64,000 nt of DNA, from assembly GCF_009914755.1 (NCBI RefSeq), contig NC_060939.1. The stretch is one strand, 5' to 3'. Both the position numbers and the translations under genes were made by a program. Source of the stretch: the human T2T-CHM13v2.0 reference genome, Homo sapiens. How positions within the stretch are numbered: the first letter of the stretch is position 1; the number at the start of each line of letters is the position of its first letter. The notes under the pieces were generated by a model. The model had not been told where the DNA came from. It saw only the letters and a program-made list of their open reading frames with translations, and did not search any database. Positions 27,340-40,769 of this stretch are shown here, piece after piece.

Positions 27340-27455
27340 ATGAACGTCTCTGTTTTGTTTAGTGCTATATCCTCAGTACATGGAGCAGTGTCTGACATAG
27401 AGGAAACATTTATAAATTGCGGTCTGACTGATTAAATGAATACATGAATGAATAA
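27340..27455 (+). mobile_element. L2 3' end
   Basis: 'tgttttgtttagtgctatatcctcagtac..cagtgtctgacatag..tgaatgaat'. Confidence 0.75.
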
Positions 27456-28174
27456 TTCACTTTCTGGTGAGAGCACACCAGACCTGTTCGTCCACTCATC
27501 AGAGTTGATGACAGTACCTCTTAAAATGGGGATTGAGAACCTAGAGACCTAATAGTAACATTCATGAGGAGACCTAGTAGGTTCTGTAGTGAATTAGAGA
27601 GAGCATGTATCATCTTGAGGAAACAACTATTCTCCAGCTCAGGATAACTATTACTTTCTGTGTTGAGGGTATGGAGGGTATGGTGTTATCAGATCTTCTG
27701 AATTATCAGTCAGATTAGAGAATTGTTTTTATCAGGTCTAGACAGGCCATCAAAATGCACATTTTTGGCCATTATTTGAAGGACAGTATTCCCATAACAG
27801 ATCTAAAAGTGATTCAATAGTGTTAAGAGTATGCTGAGATAATCTGAAATAAAAATCATATTTCAATATAATATTCCAGTAATTATTTTCCAGAATAGAG
27901 ACCAGATTTCATCCAATACATCATAAACTTCCACTATTAGATTAAAACCTAAACTGGCTTCTGGCTTCCAAGGCTTAGACTTAGACATTTTCTTAGAAAA
28001 TTCTTAAATTACATAAGATTCCTGTGCCTAGTTCTGACTTAGCCTGAGGCTCCATGAGGCCCACTGTACTCATATTCAGGTTTGTCAGTGCACCTAAAGT
28101 AAGATACAATCAAAGATGATTTGCATAAGCCAAGCCATTTACAGACTGATTTTTAAGTTAAAATTAAAGCCTTT

Positions 28175-28470
28175 TTTTTTTTTTTTTTGAGATAGAGTCT
28201 CGCTCTGTTGCCCAGGCTGGAGCGCAGTGGCGTGATCTTGGCTCACTGCAAACTCTGCCTCCTGGGTTCAAACGATTGTCCTGCCTCAGCCTCCCAAGTA
28301 GTTGAGACTACAGGCGTGCACCACCATACCTGGCTAATTTTTGTATTTTTGGTAAAGACAGGGTGCCACCATGTTGGCCAGGTTGGTCTCGAACCCCTGA
28401 CCTCAGATGATCCGCCTGCCTCTGCCTCCCGAAGTACTAGAATTACAAGCGTGAGCCACTGTGCCCCACC
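28175..28470 (-). mobile_element. AluS
   Basis: Full dimer. TSD AAAGCCTTT at 28166 and 28471. Confidence 0.95.
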
Positions 28471-28517
28471 AAAGCCTTTAATAATGAGGAAGACAAACAC
28501 ATACACATGCACATTAT

Positions 28518-28518
<1 letters not shown>

Positions 28519-28548
<30 letters not shown>
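28519..28548. repeat. (CA)15 microsatellite
   Basis: Perfect CA run. Confidence 0.95.
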
Positions 28549-28549
<1 letters not shown>

Positions 28550-28632
28550 CTATTAACCAGAATGTTCTTTTTATCCCCCATTTCAGGATCATATATCAGA
28601 AGAAGCTAAAAACAATCAATAAGTGATTACAG

Positions 28633-29116
28633 TGTGTATCAGTCAGGGTCCCAGGAAGAGGGAGATGGCACATAGAAAGTAGAAATCAAAGAGCATGGTG
28701 GTTATAAGTCTGTTTAGACAGTTAGGATCAGGATTTAGGGATGATGATGGAATAAAGAAGCATCCAAGAAATTTCAGCACAATAGCATAAAGGCAAGTAT
28801 TCCCAGTGCTTGGCCTGAAAGGCCAAGGGGAGAGAACTGTTGACTGGAACCTGATGAGAGCTGTAGTCCTAGAAAAGAGGCCACCTGACAGCAGCTGCAG
28901 TTGTAGGTAGAGGAAATCAGCCTGACTTCTCCTTCTGCCCTCCAACCTTCTGCTAAGGCATTCCAACCTCTACCACACTGGCCAAGAGCAAGTAAAAGCT
29001 TTAGTTAAGGGAGCGCTAACATATAGTCTGAGGAGGGCAGCCTCCTAGGGCACAGAGCAAGGCAGAGAAGGGTGGAGAGTAGCTCTGGACGGGCGAATAG
29101 AAACTATTTAGCCCAT
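28633..29116 (-). mobile_element. LTR33-family ERVL solo LTR
   Basis: Reverse complement reads 'tccagagctactctccacccttctctgccttgctctgtgccctaggaggctg' and ends 'gggaccctgactgataca'. Confidence 0.7.
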
Positions 29117-29271
29117 AGAGTCAGAGCCCGTGGAAATCCTAAGCAATGTTTTATCAATGCTATGGAAGAATGAAGAGATGATTCCTTCCTCAGAAGGCTC
29201 CTATCCTCCTAAATTCAGAATCCCTCTCCCTTTGACAGTGCTGACAAAAGTTCATATTCTCCAACTCGTCT

Positions 29272-29599
29272 TTTTATTTATTATTCTTATTGTTATTATT
29301 TGAGATAGGGTCTCACTCTCTCACCCAGGTTAGAGTGCAGTGGCATAATTATAGCATGCTGCAGCCTCAAACTCCTGGGCTCAAGGGATCCTTCTGTCTC
29401 TGCCTCCTGTGTAAGCTAGGACTACAGGCACATGCTGCTACTATGCCCAACTATTTTTTTTTTTTATTTTTTGTAGAGATGGGGTCTTGGTGTATTGCTT
29501 TGGCTTGAGGCCAGGTCTTGAACTCCTGGCCTCAAACAATTCGCCCACTTTGACCTCCCAAACTCCTGGGATTACAGGGATGAGCCACTATGCCTAGCC
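29272..29599 (-). mobile_element. AluJ
   Basis: J-type 'gcagcctcaaactcctgggctcaagggatcc'. TSD AACTCGTCTTT/AACTCATCCTT. Confidence 0.9.
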
Positions 29600-30411
29600 T
29601 AACTCATCCTTTATGACTTGGTACAAGCCAACTCATTTCTGCTAACAGAATGTGTTTCTTTAGACACATTTTTACCTGAGTGACTCCTTACTGGTTTCCA
29701 AAGTCATTCTATTTCTGAGCTAAAGTTGAGATTGGACTCTCCATTATCTCGATCAGGCTTGGGCATTCTTAAGGTTTCTCAGTCACATATCACAGTTCTG
29801 AGGTGATTGTCTGCAGAGAGCTGCCATAAACATTTGAATTTTTTCTCATTTCACTCTCAGGTCTCCATGTTCTTACGGGGGAAGTGGAGCCCACTGTAGC
29901 TTTTAATATTTTTCTGATGTTATCTGTGGCATTTTTCAAAACCTCCCTTTCTCCCTTTAAAATAACAGGGCACGGCATGATTTTGTCAACAATAGTTTTG
30001 ATTGAATAAAGAGCAGGTGAATCTTATTCATAAAGCTCCATTCCATGTTTGTGAGAGAGATCTATGGGAGTTAACAGTCCAGTTAGGAAGTTTCCGTTTA
30101 CAAAGTCACATAAAGCTGAATGTCACTTAAAGAAGTCCAAAGCAAGGGTGAAACGGGGTTAAGTAGATTGGATTTGAGAATAGAAGGCACATATTTGGAA
30201 AAAAAGAAGAGAATTTCATTTGCAAAAGAAGCACACAAACTGTATGAATTGGGCAACAAAACTTAACCTGAAAGAGAGTGAAACAACAATTTGGCAAGGC
30301 CAAACTAAGTAATTTATATTTGATATTACAACCACCAAGAAGTCCATGGAATAAGGCATTTAAGGAAGCTTTTCTAAAGTTAAAAGCTGTATGATTCTCT
30401 ATGTTTGGAAG

Positions 30412-30902
30412 CAAGAGGTGAAGCCAGCTGGACTTCCTGGGTTAAGTGAGGACTTGGAGAACTTTTCTGTCTTACAAGAGGATTGTAAGATGCACCAATC
30501 AGCACTCTGTAGCTAGCATTGTAAAATGCACCAATCAGTGCTTTGTAGCTAGCTAGAGGTTTGTAAAATGCACCAATCAGTGCTCTGTAAAATGGACCAA
30601 TCAGCACCCTGTAAAATGGACCAATCAGCACTCTGTAAAATGGGCCAATCAGCAGGACATGGGCGGGGACAAATAAAGGGATAAAAGTTGGCCACCCCAG
30701 CCAGCCCCCCGCAACCCACTTGGGTCACCTTCTACCGTATGGAAGGTTTGTTCTTTCACTCTTCAGAGTAAGTTTTGCTGCTGCTTACTCTTTGTGTCCG
30801 TGCCACCTTTAAGAGCTGTAACACTCACTGCGAAGGTCCGTGGCTCCTTTCCTGAAGTCAGCGAGACCACAAACCCGCCGGAGAGAACCAACTCCGGACA
30901 CA
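30412..30902 (+). mobile_element. Short LTR12-family (LTR12F-like, ERV9) solo LTR
   Basis: TSD GAAG on both sides. Six CCAAT-containing tandem units, a GGGCGGG box, 'aagagctgtaacactcac', and the end 'actccggacaca'. Confidence 0.9.
30490..30690 (+). promoter_or_regulatory. LTR12 promoter module: six CCAAT (NF-Y) boxes, GC box and TATA-like element
   Basis: Motifs read directly from the sequence. Activity is unknown. Confidence 0.5.
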
Positions 30903-32809
30903 GAAGTATAATGGTAATGGTTGGGGCCTAACTTATGGTGGCCAGTCTGGAGATGGAAAGAAGGTGTGGGTCTTTTTGTAATGTGTAGTGCACAGATGAT
31001 GTTAAGGATGAGACAATAGAAAATAACTGCATGGGTCCCAGAGCGAACAAAGTTGCTAATGACTTGAAAAAAAAAATGGAAAATTAAGAAAAAAGCACCA
31101 AGTTGTAGAGTAGAAAAATTGCCAACTTTAGTTTCTGATTTGTCTGTCCACCTTTAGGTTTTTATAGTTAATCTAAGTGAACTTTTCAGTAGAAAACTGA
31201 AGCTTCCTAACCACGCGAGGATATTAAGGCTGAGAGAAGACAAAATAAAACTGGTAAAATGTTTCTTCTGAGTAGATGATTTCCCTAAAGCAAAAAAGAG
31301 AAGCAATTCCATAAATATGTTAGAGGAGTTATCAACTCTCATGGCAAAAAGTAATCAGAGAATAGCAGTCGAGAATTAAGGTCAGGAGCATAATATATCA
31401 ATGATGTCAGGAGTTGAATACAATGTCAAATGGCCAGAAGAAAAAATCGTTGGTTTCCAAACAACAGACTATAAATGTAAGTTCCGTTTCTGAAGACTCT
31501 GTTCTGTTTCCTAAACTAAATACAATAATAATATTTACTAAATATGTTGCATACACATAAAAGAGGCCCACCCAATAATTACTTAGCTGATAAATCTGTT
31601 ATCACAATATTCAATATGGATTTTACATTGCAAAGCCTGTAGCAGTAATCAGATTATCTTGGATTCTGCTAAGTTAATACATTTGCTTTTTCTAAATGAA
31701 TTAACAATTTTGATATGTTATAATCTGAGGACTATTAATATAATTATTATAAATATGAGGTATATAACTTGGATAATTTTTTCTGCTGTGGTAATTATTT
31801 AGAATACCTCATATTTCAGCTTTCGCTAAAGCAATTTTGACTACAATTTGTGTATGTGAAAGTGAGATGTGAGTATATGTGTGCTAGATCATAAAATGGA
31901 ATATGTTAGGATTTCTCTTATTGGCAAAAAGGTCTTGAAAATAAACAGTTCAGATTCTTTTCCCAGTCTTTTTTCAAAGAATGTTGTTTTGTGTTAAAGG
32001 TTTTGATGTGTATGTTCCATAAATAGTAATACAGTTGTAAATGGGTTCAAACTTCATTTGAGAACATCAAAGACCCTATCAGGAAACCAGGAGATGTCAG
32101 ATTATTATTCAGCCTACTAAATAAACACCCATTGTAAAATACAGTACATTAACTGGAATTGCTACTTCAATGAAAGCAAGTATGGGAAAGTTAATGAGTA
32201 TCACTGTCTTCAGTATTGAAAATAGTCTAAACGTAGGCTGAAATAAAACTTATTTCTAGTCAGGTTGAATTAAGGGTGGATATATGTACCTAAATATAAG
32301 TTATATAATTATGAGGGCAAGCCCAGATACATGCTTCTGAATTTATTAGCTGGCAAATGTCAATCTTCTACTATTCTCAAAAATAGATTTGGAAACGTTA
32401 GGGCACAAGCTATTAAGGAAGGAGAGCATCACATAAAATATTATTTTTCCCGTATTTTCTACAGTTTAACGTATAGCTACAATTCTTTGCCTAAAGTCAT
32501 GTATTCTGTTTGACAGATATTTCAATTCTTTGTTACATATTTATTAGATTGATTTTTTTTCTTTTTCTTTTGTAAATTCAAGATAAAACACAAAAAATTG
32601 TCATCTGGAAGACTAAGAGGATAATTATTTTTATCTTGAAAAGAATGTGTTTTAAATTTTCTAGAATAAAAGTTCATCTATAATGCTCTGTACTCAGATT
32701 TTATTGGTATTTTCCACTTTTATTTGTCCTGTCAATAATGAAAGTAGCAATTTTCATTTATAAATTTTTATTTATAAAGCTATCTTTCTGTTAATAATGT
32801 ATTTTGATA

Positions 32810-33130
32810 TGGGTAGTTGGTAAAGCAATTTGGCAATATATCACGGGCCTTAACAATGTTAATTCTCCTTGACTCTGGAATTCTAATGGAACCAATCCTT
32901 GAGCATTCTAAGAAAATAATTTCAACATGCAAATTTATTTACATGCCGATGTTTATTACAGATGTACGGCTGTGAAAAACTCTAGAAATAGCATCAATTG
33001 CCAACAATAGGAAAATGATTTAAAAAGCTGGTATATATGGACTTGATATATATTCATTACTCTGAGTTTGAATACTAGGTAATAGATTGGAAATACTATG
33101 ATTTTGTAATATTAAAATATATAACAATAC
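32810..33130 (+). mobile_element. L1ME-type 3' fragment
   Basis: 'gcaatttggcaatata..gatgtttattacag..tgccaacaataggaaaatg'. Confidence 0.6.
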
Positions 33131-34101
33131 AAACCAGCATCAAAACTAGTGTCTCTGTAGATATTTCTTAAGTAAATGAATGAATAAGTGGATAAATGGA
33201 TTGTGGTCATATGTGATACACTATTATTTTTTCTAGGCCCTTCTTCTGTCTGTAGAATTAGAGAAAATAAGCACTAATTTGCTGCATTACAGTTGGGGAC
33301 AACTACCAAAATAAAATTTGCACAAAAAGATAGGATAGTCAAATACATCACATTTCTTCAGACTCTAATACAATTTTAGAACTAATTGTCATTGTTGATG
33401 TAGAATTTTTAAAACATTAATTAAGAAGCTTTAATATACTCCATAATGGACAAAGAGAAAGGCAATCAACAGTAATAATACGATGATGAATTATTTAAAG
33501 ACACTTTAAAAAATATTTTCCAGGATATTTTCAAAATACATCACTCACACATTTTTGCCTGCAAGTCAGGCAAGTAGTAAAATAAGTATATGTATATATC
33601 ACCCAGTGACCGACTGAAATAATGTTTCAATTGAAGTCATTTCAGCCTCACAACTGTTCTATGCGTTCTGTAAACACTAGGTTAGATGGATTGTAGAGAT
33701 CATAGGTATAGAGGTATGATGTTCCCTTACAAATATTCTCCATCAATGACTTTTGTGCTCATGATATTTTTTCTTCAGTTATCTATGCCTGTTAAAAGCT
33801 CTGCTCCTTACCAGATGACACTTTTGTTGGCCTGTTGTGAATAACACCTTGTCCAGCTGATTCTCACTCTTCTGTGAGAAACAAGAACACATTTGGAAAA
33901 CTGTCAAGTAGTCTAGGGATTCAAACAATGCCTGAATATTCTAGATCATATCAATATTATGTCTGAATGGAAATTGAAGTGATGCAGTTTCTACCACTAG
34001 TCATTTTTGCTTATTGGCATGTCGATATTCTCTCAGAGCAGCCTCAAGAAATGATTATGCATATGAGTAACCTAGAGCTTCCTTTTTTTTTGCATTATAA
34101 T

Positions 34102-34229
34102 TAGAATGACCACATTATTTGTCAACCAAACTAAAATATTTTTGAGTGAAAAATTATTAATAGTTATTTGGGGATAATAAACATAAAATGGGAATGTTGC
34201 GGGCAAACAAGGACATTTGGTCGTCTGTA
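34102..34229. mobile_element. MER81-like hAT MITE
   Basis: Degenerate TIRs 'tagaatgacc' ... 'ggtcgtctgta' and internal 'gggcaaacaaggacatttggtc'. Confidence 0.55.
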
Positions 34230-34489
34230 TTATAATGATCAATAAGAATATCTTTGTAGAAACTTGTGTTAGCTTGGTTATTTAAAAACTTTTTTGTTGT
34301 GCTGATTAAGCTGCAATGAAAATGGAGCCTTAAAGTGTAATCCTTTTCTAAGCATCTCTGTGATCTAATTGCTTATTATTATTATTTGTTGATGTTACTA
34401 TTATGATTACATAACATGCTCTATGACGGTCCTGAAGTACACTTATAAGCTAATCAAATTGTTCAAATCATGATAATACAATCTCATAG

Positions 34490-34660
34490 AAATCAAATAA
34501 AATATCTTAGAGCTCATCTAGCCTCATCTTTTTATTTTACAGGTAAGAAAAGTAGTATCCAGGAAGGCAAAGTAACTTGACCAGTGCTATACAGTCAGTT
34601 AATTTCAGAGCCAGAGATACAGCACAGGTGCCCTAGTTCCCAGTTAACACCTATCAAATT
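34490..34660 (-). mobile_element. MIR/MIR3 fragment
   Basis: 'ttagagctcatctag..attttacaggtaagaaa..aagtaacttgacc..cagagccag'. Confidence 0.65.
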
Positions 34661-34699
34661 GAACACACTACTTCAATGATTTAATATCTGCTTCTTTCC

Positions 34700-35201
34700 T
34701 TTTAATATGATATTTAAGACAACTGCTTAGAAGTAGGATAGAATAGCATGTAGCACACCAACCTTCTCATTGAGCACCATTAGAAAAGTCATACATTAAA
34801 AAAAAACACCACTTTAAAAGCATCAGAGTGCTGCTGAAGCAACAAGGGCAATAAGGAAAAATCTTTACAGAGCAGAGGAACTGTGAAAAGATGAGCTTAC
34901 CTTCGGTAACCATTTTCCTTTGGGGGCATTTGTTTATTCTAGGGCACAGGGTAAAAAGTTGAGAATCTAGATTTTGTGTGGATTGAGAGCCATTGATGGG
35001 GCACAGAGAAATAAGCTCAACTGAGACAAAATTGGAAACTGGAGAGTTGAAGATCACAATGGGAGGAAAAAGATAAGAAATGGGGCCTGATATACAGCTG
35101 GTTTCCCCCTCAGGATATTTGCTGCATTCTGAAGCTACAGGGGAAAGGAGCATATGAAACTAAGCAGAACACTTTTAAAACTCAGAGGGGGATTTTAGGG
35201 T

Positions 35202-35233
<32 letters not shown>

Positions 35234-36030
35234 TCAGTCTCACCTTACCGAAGAGACAGTGTTGAGTATAGGAGTCCCTCAGAGGGTGTTCTGATGAACA
35301 TACCACATTCTAAAATGAAAAACATGTAGATCTATACCCTAAAAACGAGTAAAACTAGAGGGGTGGCCTGAGCTTTACTAAACCTGCAGTCTTGTCTTGG
35401 CTCAGTTCAATATTTGATTGGGATTATGGTGAAAAGACTCTACTCTGTTTGCCTAGTAGAAGAAAGTACCCTCTCTGAAAGAAGATACTATCAGCTGGAG
35501 TCCCTAGGACTTTTTAGATATACAATATCTACCATTCAGTCAAAAGTAATTAGTCATGCCAAAGAAGAGGGGCATACAACAACAGCAGCAAAAGGCAAAA
35601 CAACCAGGTGATCCAGGTATTTGAGTTAGCAAAGACTTTAAAATCAACTATTAATGATATATTCAAAAAATAGAGAAAAAGATGGATGAAATAGATATAA
35701 AATGGAGGATTTCACCAGAAAATTGAACTATGGAATAGAATTAAATGGAAATTCAAGGATTGAAAAATACAACTGAAACTAAGTACTAAATAGATGGATT
35801 TAACAGCAGATTCAACACAGCAGAAGTCGACATTAGAGACTTGGTAGATAGATAAATAGGAAATATCCAAGCTGAAGCACAAAGAGAAGCAATAATGAAA
35901 AATAATAAAAGAGCATGAGAGACCTGTAGGACACAGTGAAAAATAACATGATACACTACAAATTGGAGCCCCAGAAAAATAAGAGAATAGGGTGTGAACA
36001 ATATTTGAAGAAATAATAGCTGAGACATTA
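34700..36030 (+). mobile_element. Old L1M 5'UTR/ORF1 fragment, containing (GTTTT)n at about 35200-35232
   Basis: A-rich ORF1-like 'aacagcagattcaacacagcagaag..aattggagccccagaa..atatttgaagaaataatagctga'. Confidence 0.75.
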
Positions 36031-36859
36031 AAAAAAATTATTTTTTGATAATTATTTTTTATAAACATTGACATCGGTCTGTATCTATGTGTGAACAAAG
36101 CAATAGAGCACACTGCAGGAGATTAACTCTCTATGGACTGCTAAACGATATTATCCCTTCCCATGCCAGAACTTCCTTCCTGAAGTCCGTTGCTGCTTTT
36201 GAGAACTGTTCAGGCCATTTCTGCTCGAGTGACCCATGGCAATCCACGCTCACCACTACCTATATCTGGACCCACGTGTGTAAAGGTTGTATCCAGGATG
36301 TGATTTCAAAGGTCCAACAAATATCCCTTTCCTCTCAGGGTACTTTAAACATTCACTATCAAACTAACTCACTGGTGAGTTAAAGCACTGTTTCTGAAGG
36401 CCCTTCTTAAGAAGCAACAAGAATAACAAGTTAATCTCTCCACATCCAAAAATATCTTAGCCAGTTACATTCTTTTTACTTCTAGATTGACCCATCCTCC
36501 CTTCCCTACTCTGCTGTGTTTCCCAGTGTGTTCACAGATTGCAGCAACAGGCTCCTCAGATGAAGACTGTCCACAATATGGCACCAACATAAGCAGCCTC
36601 ACTTCCCACAAACTCCACACGTCCTCTACGATATGCCAGTTCTATGCCTCTACACGTTCTTTTCTCTCTGTATATAGTGCCTGTGTTAGTCACAGCTATC
36701 TGCCAAAATCCATTCTACTTCAGGAATTTATCTCATTTACCACCTTTCTCATGAAGTTTTTTCTTACTGCCTAAATGTAATTTTTCCCTTCTACGTTCTT
36801 CTTGAGAAGAAATATGTCATAACAAACATGATCTCTGGAATTATATATGACTCAGTTTG

Positions 36860-37350
36860 AACCATAGCTCTACCATTTACAAACTGTATGTCTGTAATAA
36901 ATGCTGTGACAACCAAGGCACAGGGTACCCAGGAAGAGTACCCAACATATCCTTGGGAGGAGACAGGGTCAAAGGTTTCCTGGAGGCTGTGATATTGAAA
37001 CTGATCATAATAGATCAAATTGGATTTGTCAAGGAAGGGGAGAAATGGAGTGGATATTCATCCGTAAGCTGATTCCTCAGTAAATGTTTAAGGTGATTGT
37101 AATGTAGAAAGTAAATGAATTCAGTAACTAGAGAGAATTGTAAACATGTACATGAAACCATTCCACTTTCAAGATTTTATCTAATGAAGGAAAACAGGTA
37201 ATTTCCTGGGGTACTAGGAGGCATGTGATAAGTACTGCACAATTGGCTAAGACAAAATAAGAACTCAAACACCAGAGGCCCCATCTCTGCCTGGGACTCA
37301 CTTTTTAGGACAAGCATGGAATGGAGGCATCTGAGCTGAATATTGGAATA
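36860..37350 (-). mobile_element. L2 fragments
   Basis: 'ggtcaaaggtttcctggaggctgtgatattgaaactga' and 'ggaggcatctgagctgaat'. Confidence 0.55.
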
Positions 37351-37596
37351 AGAATAACTGAATTATGTTTTTTTTTTTTAAGATTAGATTGTAAAGTATA
37401 AGATAAATAGGAGGGAAAGGGGGAAAAAACACAATTAGGCAGTTATTGGAATAGCTATGGATAAGGGATTTGAAACTGAACTTCTTTGAATTCTTACAAC
37501 CAGAACTTGGAGTGACTTAAGAACAATGTAGACATTTAGCATGTTAGAAAGGAACACTCTAATCAAGCTAGAGAAAAAAGATAAGAATTAGATTCC

Positions 37597-38035
37597 TGTG
37601 TTGACTTTTCTTCTACATCCCATCCCGTTCATGAATCCAGTGTGTATCCTCCTCTGTCTCGCTCTGTGACCAGTTGGCTGATGCCTAAAGACTGCTCTTG
37701 GACTTCTTCTGTCTGGGTTCAACCCATGGGAGATACTGGCGGGAGGAGACTGTGTTTGGGGTATTTCTTCTCTGCTCCCTCTCTGCTTTGTCTCCTCTAG
37801 AGATAGCCAACTTCTTCCCTGTCTCCTGCTCTCTCTCTGAGCTTCAGTGATCCCATTTTCTCACTTTCTCCTTTAGCCTCAGGGGTGTTAATGGTTTCTT
37901 CTGTTGCTGGTTTCTAAACTCCTCACCATTCTTTAATTGTTCCTTAAATGCTGCCCACACATCCTTTCATAAAAGTCTCTTCCTTTTGAACGATCTATGG
38001 AAAATTCTGTTTTGTATTGTGAATCAGACTTACAC
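37597..38035 (+). mobile_element. LTR33-family ERVL solo LTR
   Basis: 'ctgggttcaacccatgggagatactggcgggag..ctttagcctcaggggtgttaatggtttc..ctgcccacac'. Confidence 0.7.
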
Positions 38036-40769
38036 AATGAAACAGCGACAGATAATCTAAAGAGTTCTAGAAAAGAAACCAAATTATCATCGAATAAATG
38101 CTTATTTATTTATTGTTAAACATAATACTATTTTTTTCAAGACAAACACCTTAGGCAGTCATCTTGGCCAGCCCTCAATTTTAGGTATAAGGACTGCACC
38201 TGAGACTGAAGGAGGCTGATATACCTTACACCTAAAATGAGAGTTGGCCAACATGACTGCTGTCAAGAAGAACAGATCTGGACAAGAGCATGGAGGGCCG
38301 GGGGGAAGAGCAGGAGCAGGCATTCAAGGCAAACTTTTGCCTATTTCAGATTTTCCTTCAGTGCCAGCTTTGGCCCTGAGCTTGTGCTGCTGATTTTAGA
38401 AGAGACTGTAAGAGGGAAAAGCAGAAACACCCATGAGCCTGTGGTTGTCAGCCCTGGGCATCTGTGGCTGGAGTGATGGGCTCGTGACCACCTGTCTCTC
38501 TGGGGATGCATTGCTTGGTTATTCACAAAGCTGAAGATCCTGACTATTTGACAACGCAGCACACAGCCCAACTCCCTTACACCATTGTGATTTCTGGGAT
38601 GCATCTTTCTTGTCCTGACGATTAGTAACTTATCATTAGGTAGGGACTCAATAGTTCTATAAATTTTCCAAAGTGCCCTGTTTCAGCTTGTTGTATAACC
38701 TAGTCATGGCTTTCCTAGTCATACAGCTTGAGGACCTGGTGGCAGTTTTTTGTCTTTATTTAATGCTTGTCTATGTTTCCCACTCTCTGGCTACTTTCTG
38801 CACTTGAGAAACCTATTCAGCAATTCAGACTATGATTAGCAAAGGCTCAGGATACTGGTTCCAGTCTTGCTACTGAGAGAGGCCACTTGTACTTCCCAGA
38901 CCATCTGGGAAGTATAGAAACTCCTGATGGAAGCAGTACAGATTACTCCAAAACACACTGGAATGAGATTACGGGCCCTAGAATCTTCTTCTGGGCAAAG
39001 GGTAAATTCCTGCTCAAGGCTTCTCTAATACAAATCTGAAGCTCTGAGCACATCTCATGCTCCCAGGAACCTCTGGAGCTGTCTGTGGGCTCATAATGTA
39101 GCCCTAGGAGCAAAAGCTGTCCTGCAGTGACTGAATGAAAAGCACTCATGTATCCTTCATTACCCGGTTCTGCTTCAAACCGGGAATGGACAAGCTGCCC
39201 TTGCTTCAAACTCTCTAGTGGCTCTATGGGTGTGGATTTCTTTTTTCATGATCAGCATGATTTGATAAAATCTGAAAACCCCCCATAATGTATGCCAAGC
39301 ACATTCAGATTCATTTGCATATAAATAATCACAGATGACGCTTTATAAAGATTTCTAAGATGCCTCTTAATAAGCATTTTCAAGCCTCTTTTATTTTTCT
39401 GTAAACATTCTCTTTAATCTCAAGCTCTGGAAGGTTTGAATTTGGTTTGAAATGTCAAGCCCAGGAATTTTGAGCAGATTCTGACAGGCCCAAGCTCTCC
39501 CAGTCCTACTTCTCATCCGTCAGCGATTGACTCAGAATCCCTCGGCCAGACGGATGAAGAGTCCCAGCTGTCAACTCACGTCTCCTACTGGTACTTTATA
39601 CTCATTGGCTTTAAAAACAAGAGTGTTTTCATGTTTTAAATGCTCATTTACAAACCGTTTCTCATCTCCTGAGTCTCTGCAATGTTCCCTCTGAGGCCTC
39701 GATGCTCCCAGGGGAATTTTCCCTGGTTTAGGAAGAAATAGAAAGAAGTGGGTGGGAAGAACAACTCCCTTCTGATAAGCTGTCCCAGCTGACAAGCCCT
39801 TCCCCTCAGACCCATCCACTTAGATCAATGAACATTTCACAGGCTGAGCCAGTTACCTTCATGAAAAGACAAGGCAGTAATGTAGCCACACATACAAAGA
39901 GGTACATAACATTAAAAATGCTTCCCACAGATTCCAAGTCAGAAAAAAATGCGAGTTTCCTACCTAATGCAACCCCGTGGAACTACCTTTCTCCTGTCAC
40001 TCAGTTGCTCTTTAAACCAGTCATTCCTTTTCTTATTTTCTTACGGCCTTTTTGCTAAAACACATCCCATTAGCCTTCTCCTAAGCTATGTCCTCATTTG
40101 TTCTCTACATTTTTCTATATTCATATGTTCTCTATATACAAACACAGATCAAGAAATGTGCAACTGAGAAATTTTCCCTTTAGTGATATGTACATTTCAG
40201 TGCCTTGTGTGAATATTCATCTGAATTTGAACACATATATTAATACAATTTGAATCAGTTTTTGCAGGATCACTGTTACATTGACCTGCGATACATCCTC
40301 TGCCAGAGCTTTCTGCATATTGATCACAAATATATGTTGAATGAATAAATGCAGCATTTAAACATCCTGTTGTCTGATTATTAAAGTATATTTAAAATAT
40401 TAGCAGACATGTTATTTCAAGTCTCTGAGCAGGCTAAAACAATAATTATTACATTATGTCAGTCAAATGATGATATAACTAACACTCTGTGGTACACAAA
40501 ATTCTTATATGTACAGGCTATTTCCACATTCAACCTCATTTTTTTTGTCTTGAGATATTGGTTCAGTTTATTTGCAAGCTGTATTAGCCCTAATGCTAAA
40601 GGTGTCCAGTCACCTTTTGTTGTTATTTCAGTGATGTAATTGTGAAAGCATTTCCTTCCAAACATCTCCTGCCAAAATATAGAAGAAAATTGATTGAGTT
40701 CATTGATTACTACTTTTTCTGGTACATAATAAAATACATACTGAATGTCTCCTCTCTTTTCAACCGTAG

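Noticed and set aside
30480-30655. CRISPR-like or novel repeat array
   Set aside because: These are standard LTR12 CCAAT tandem units with no unique spacers or cas genes, in a primate context.
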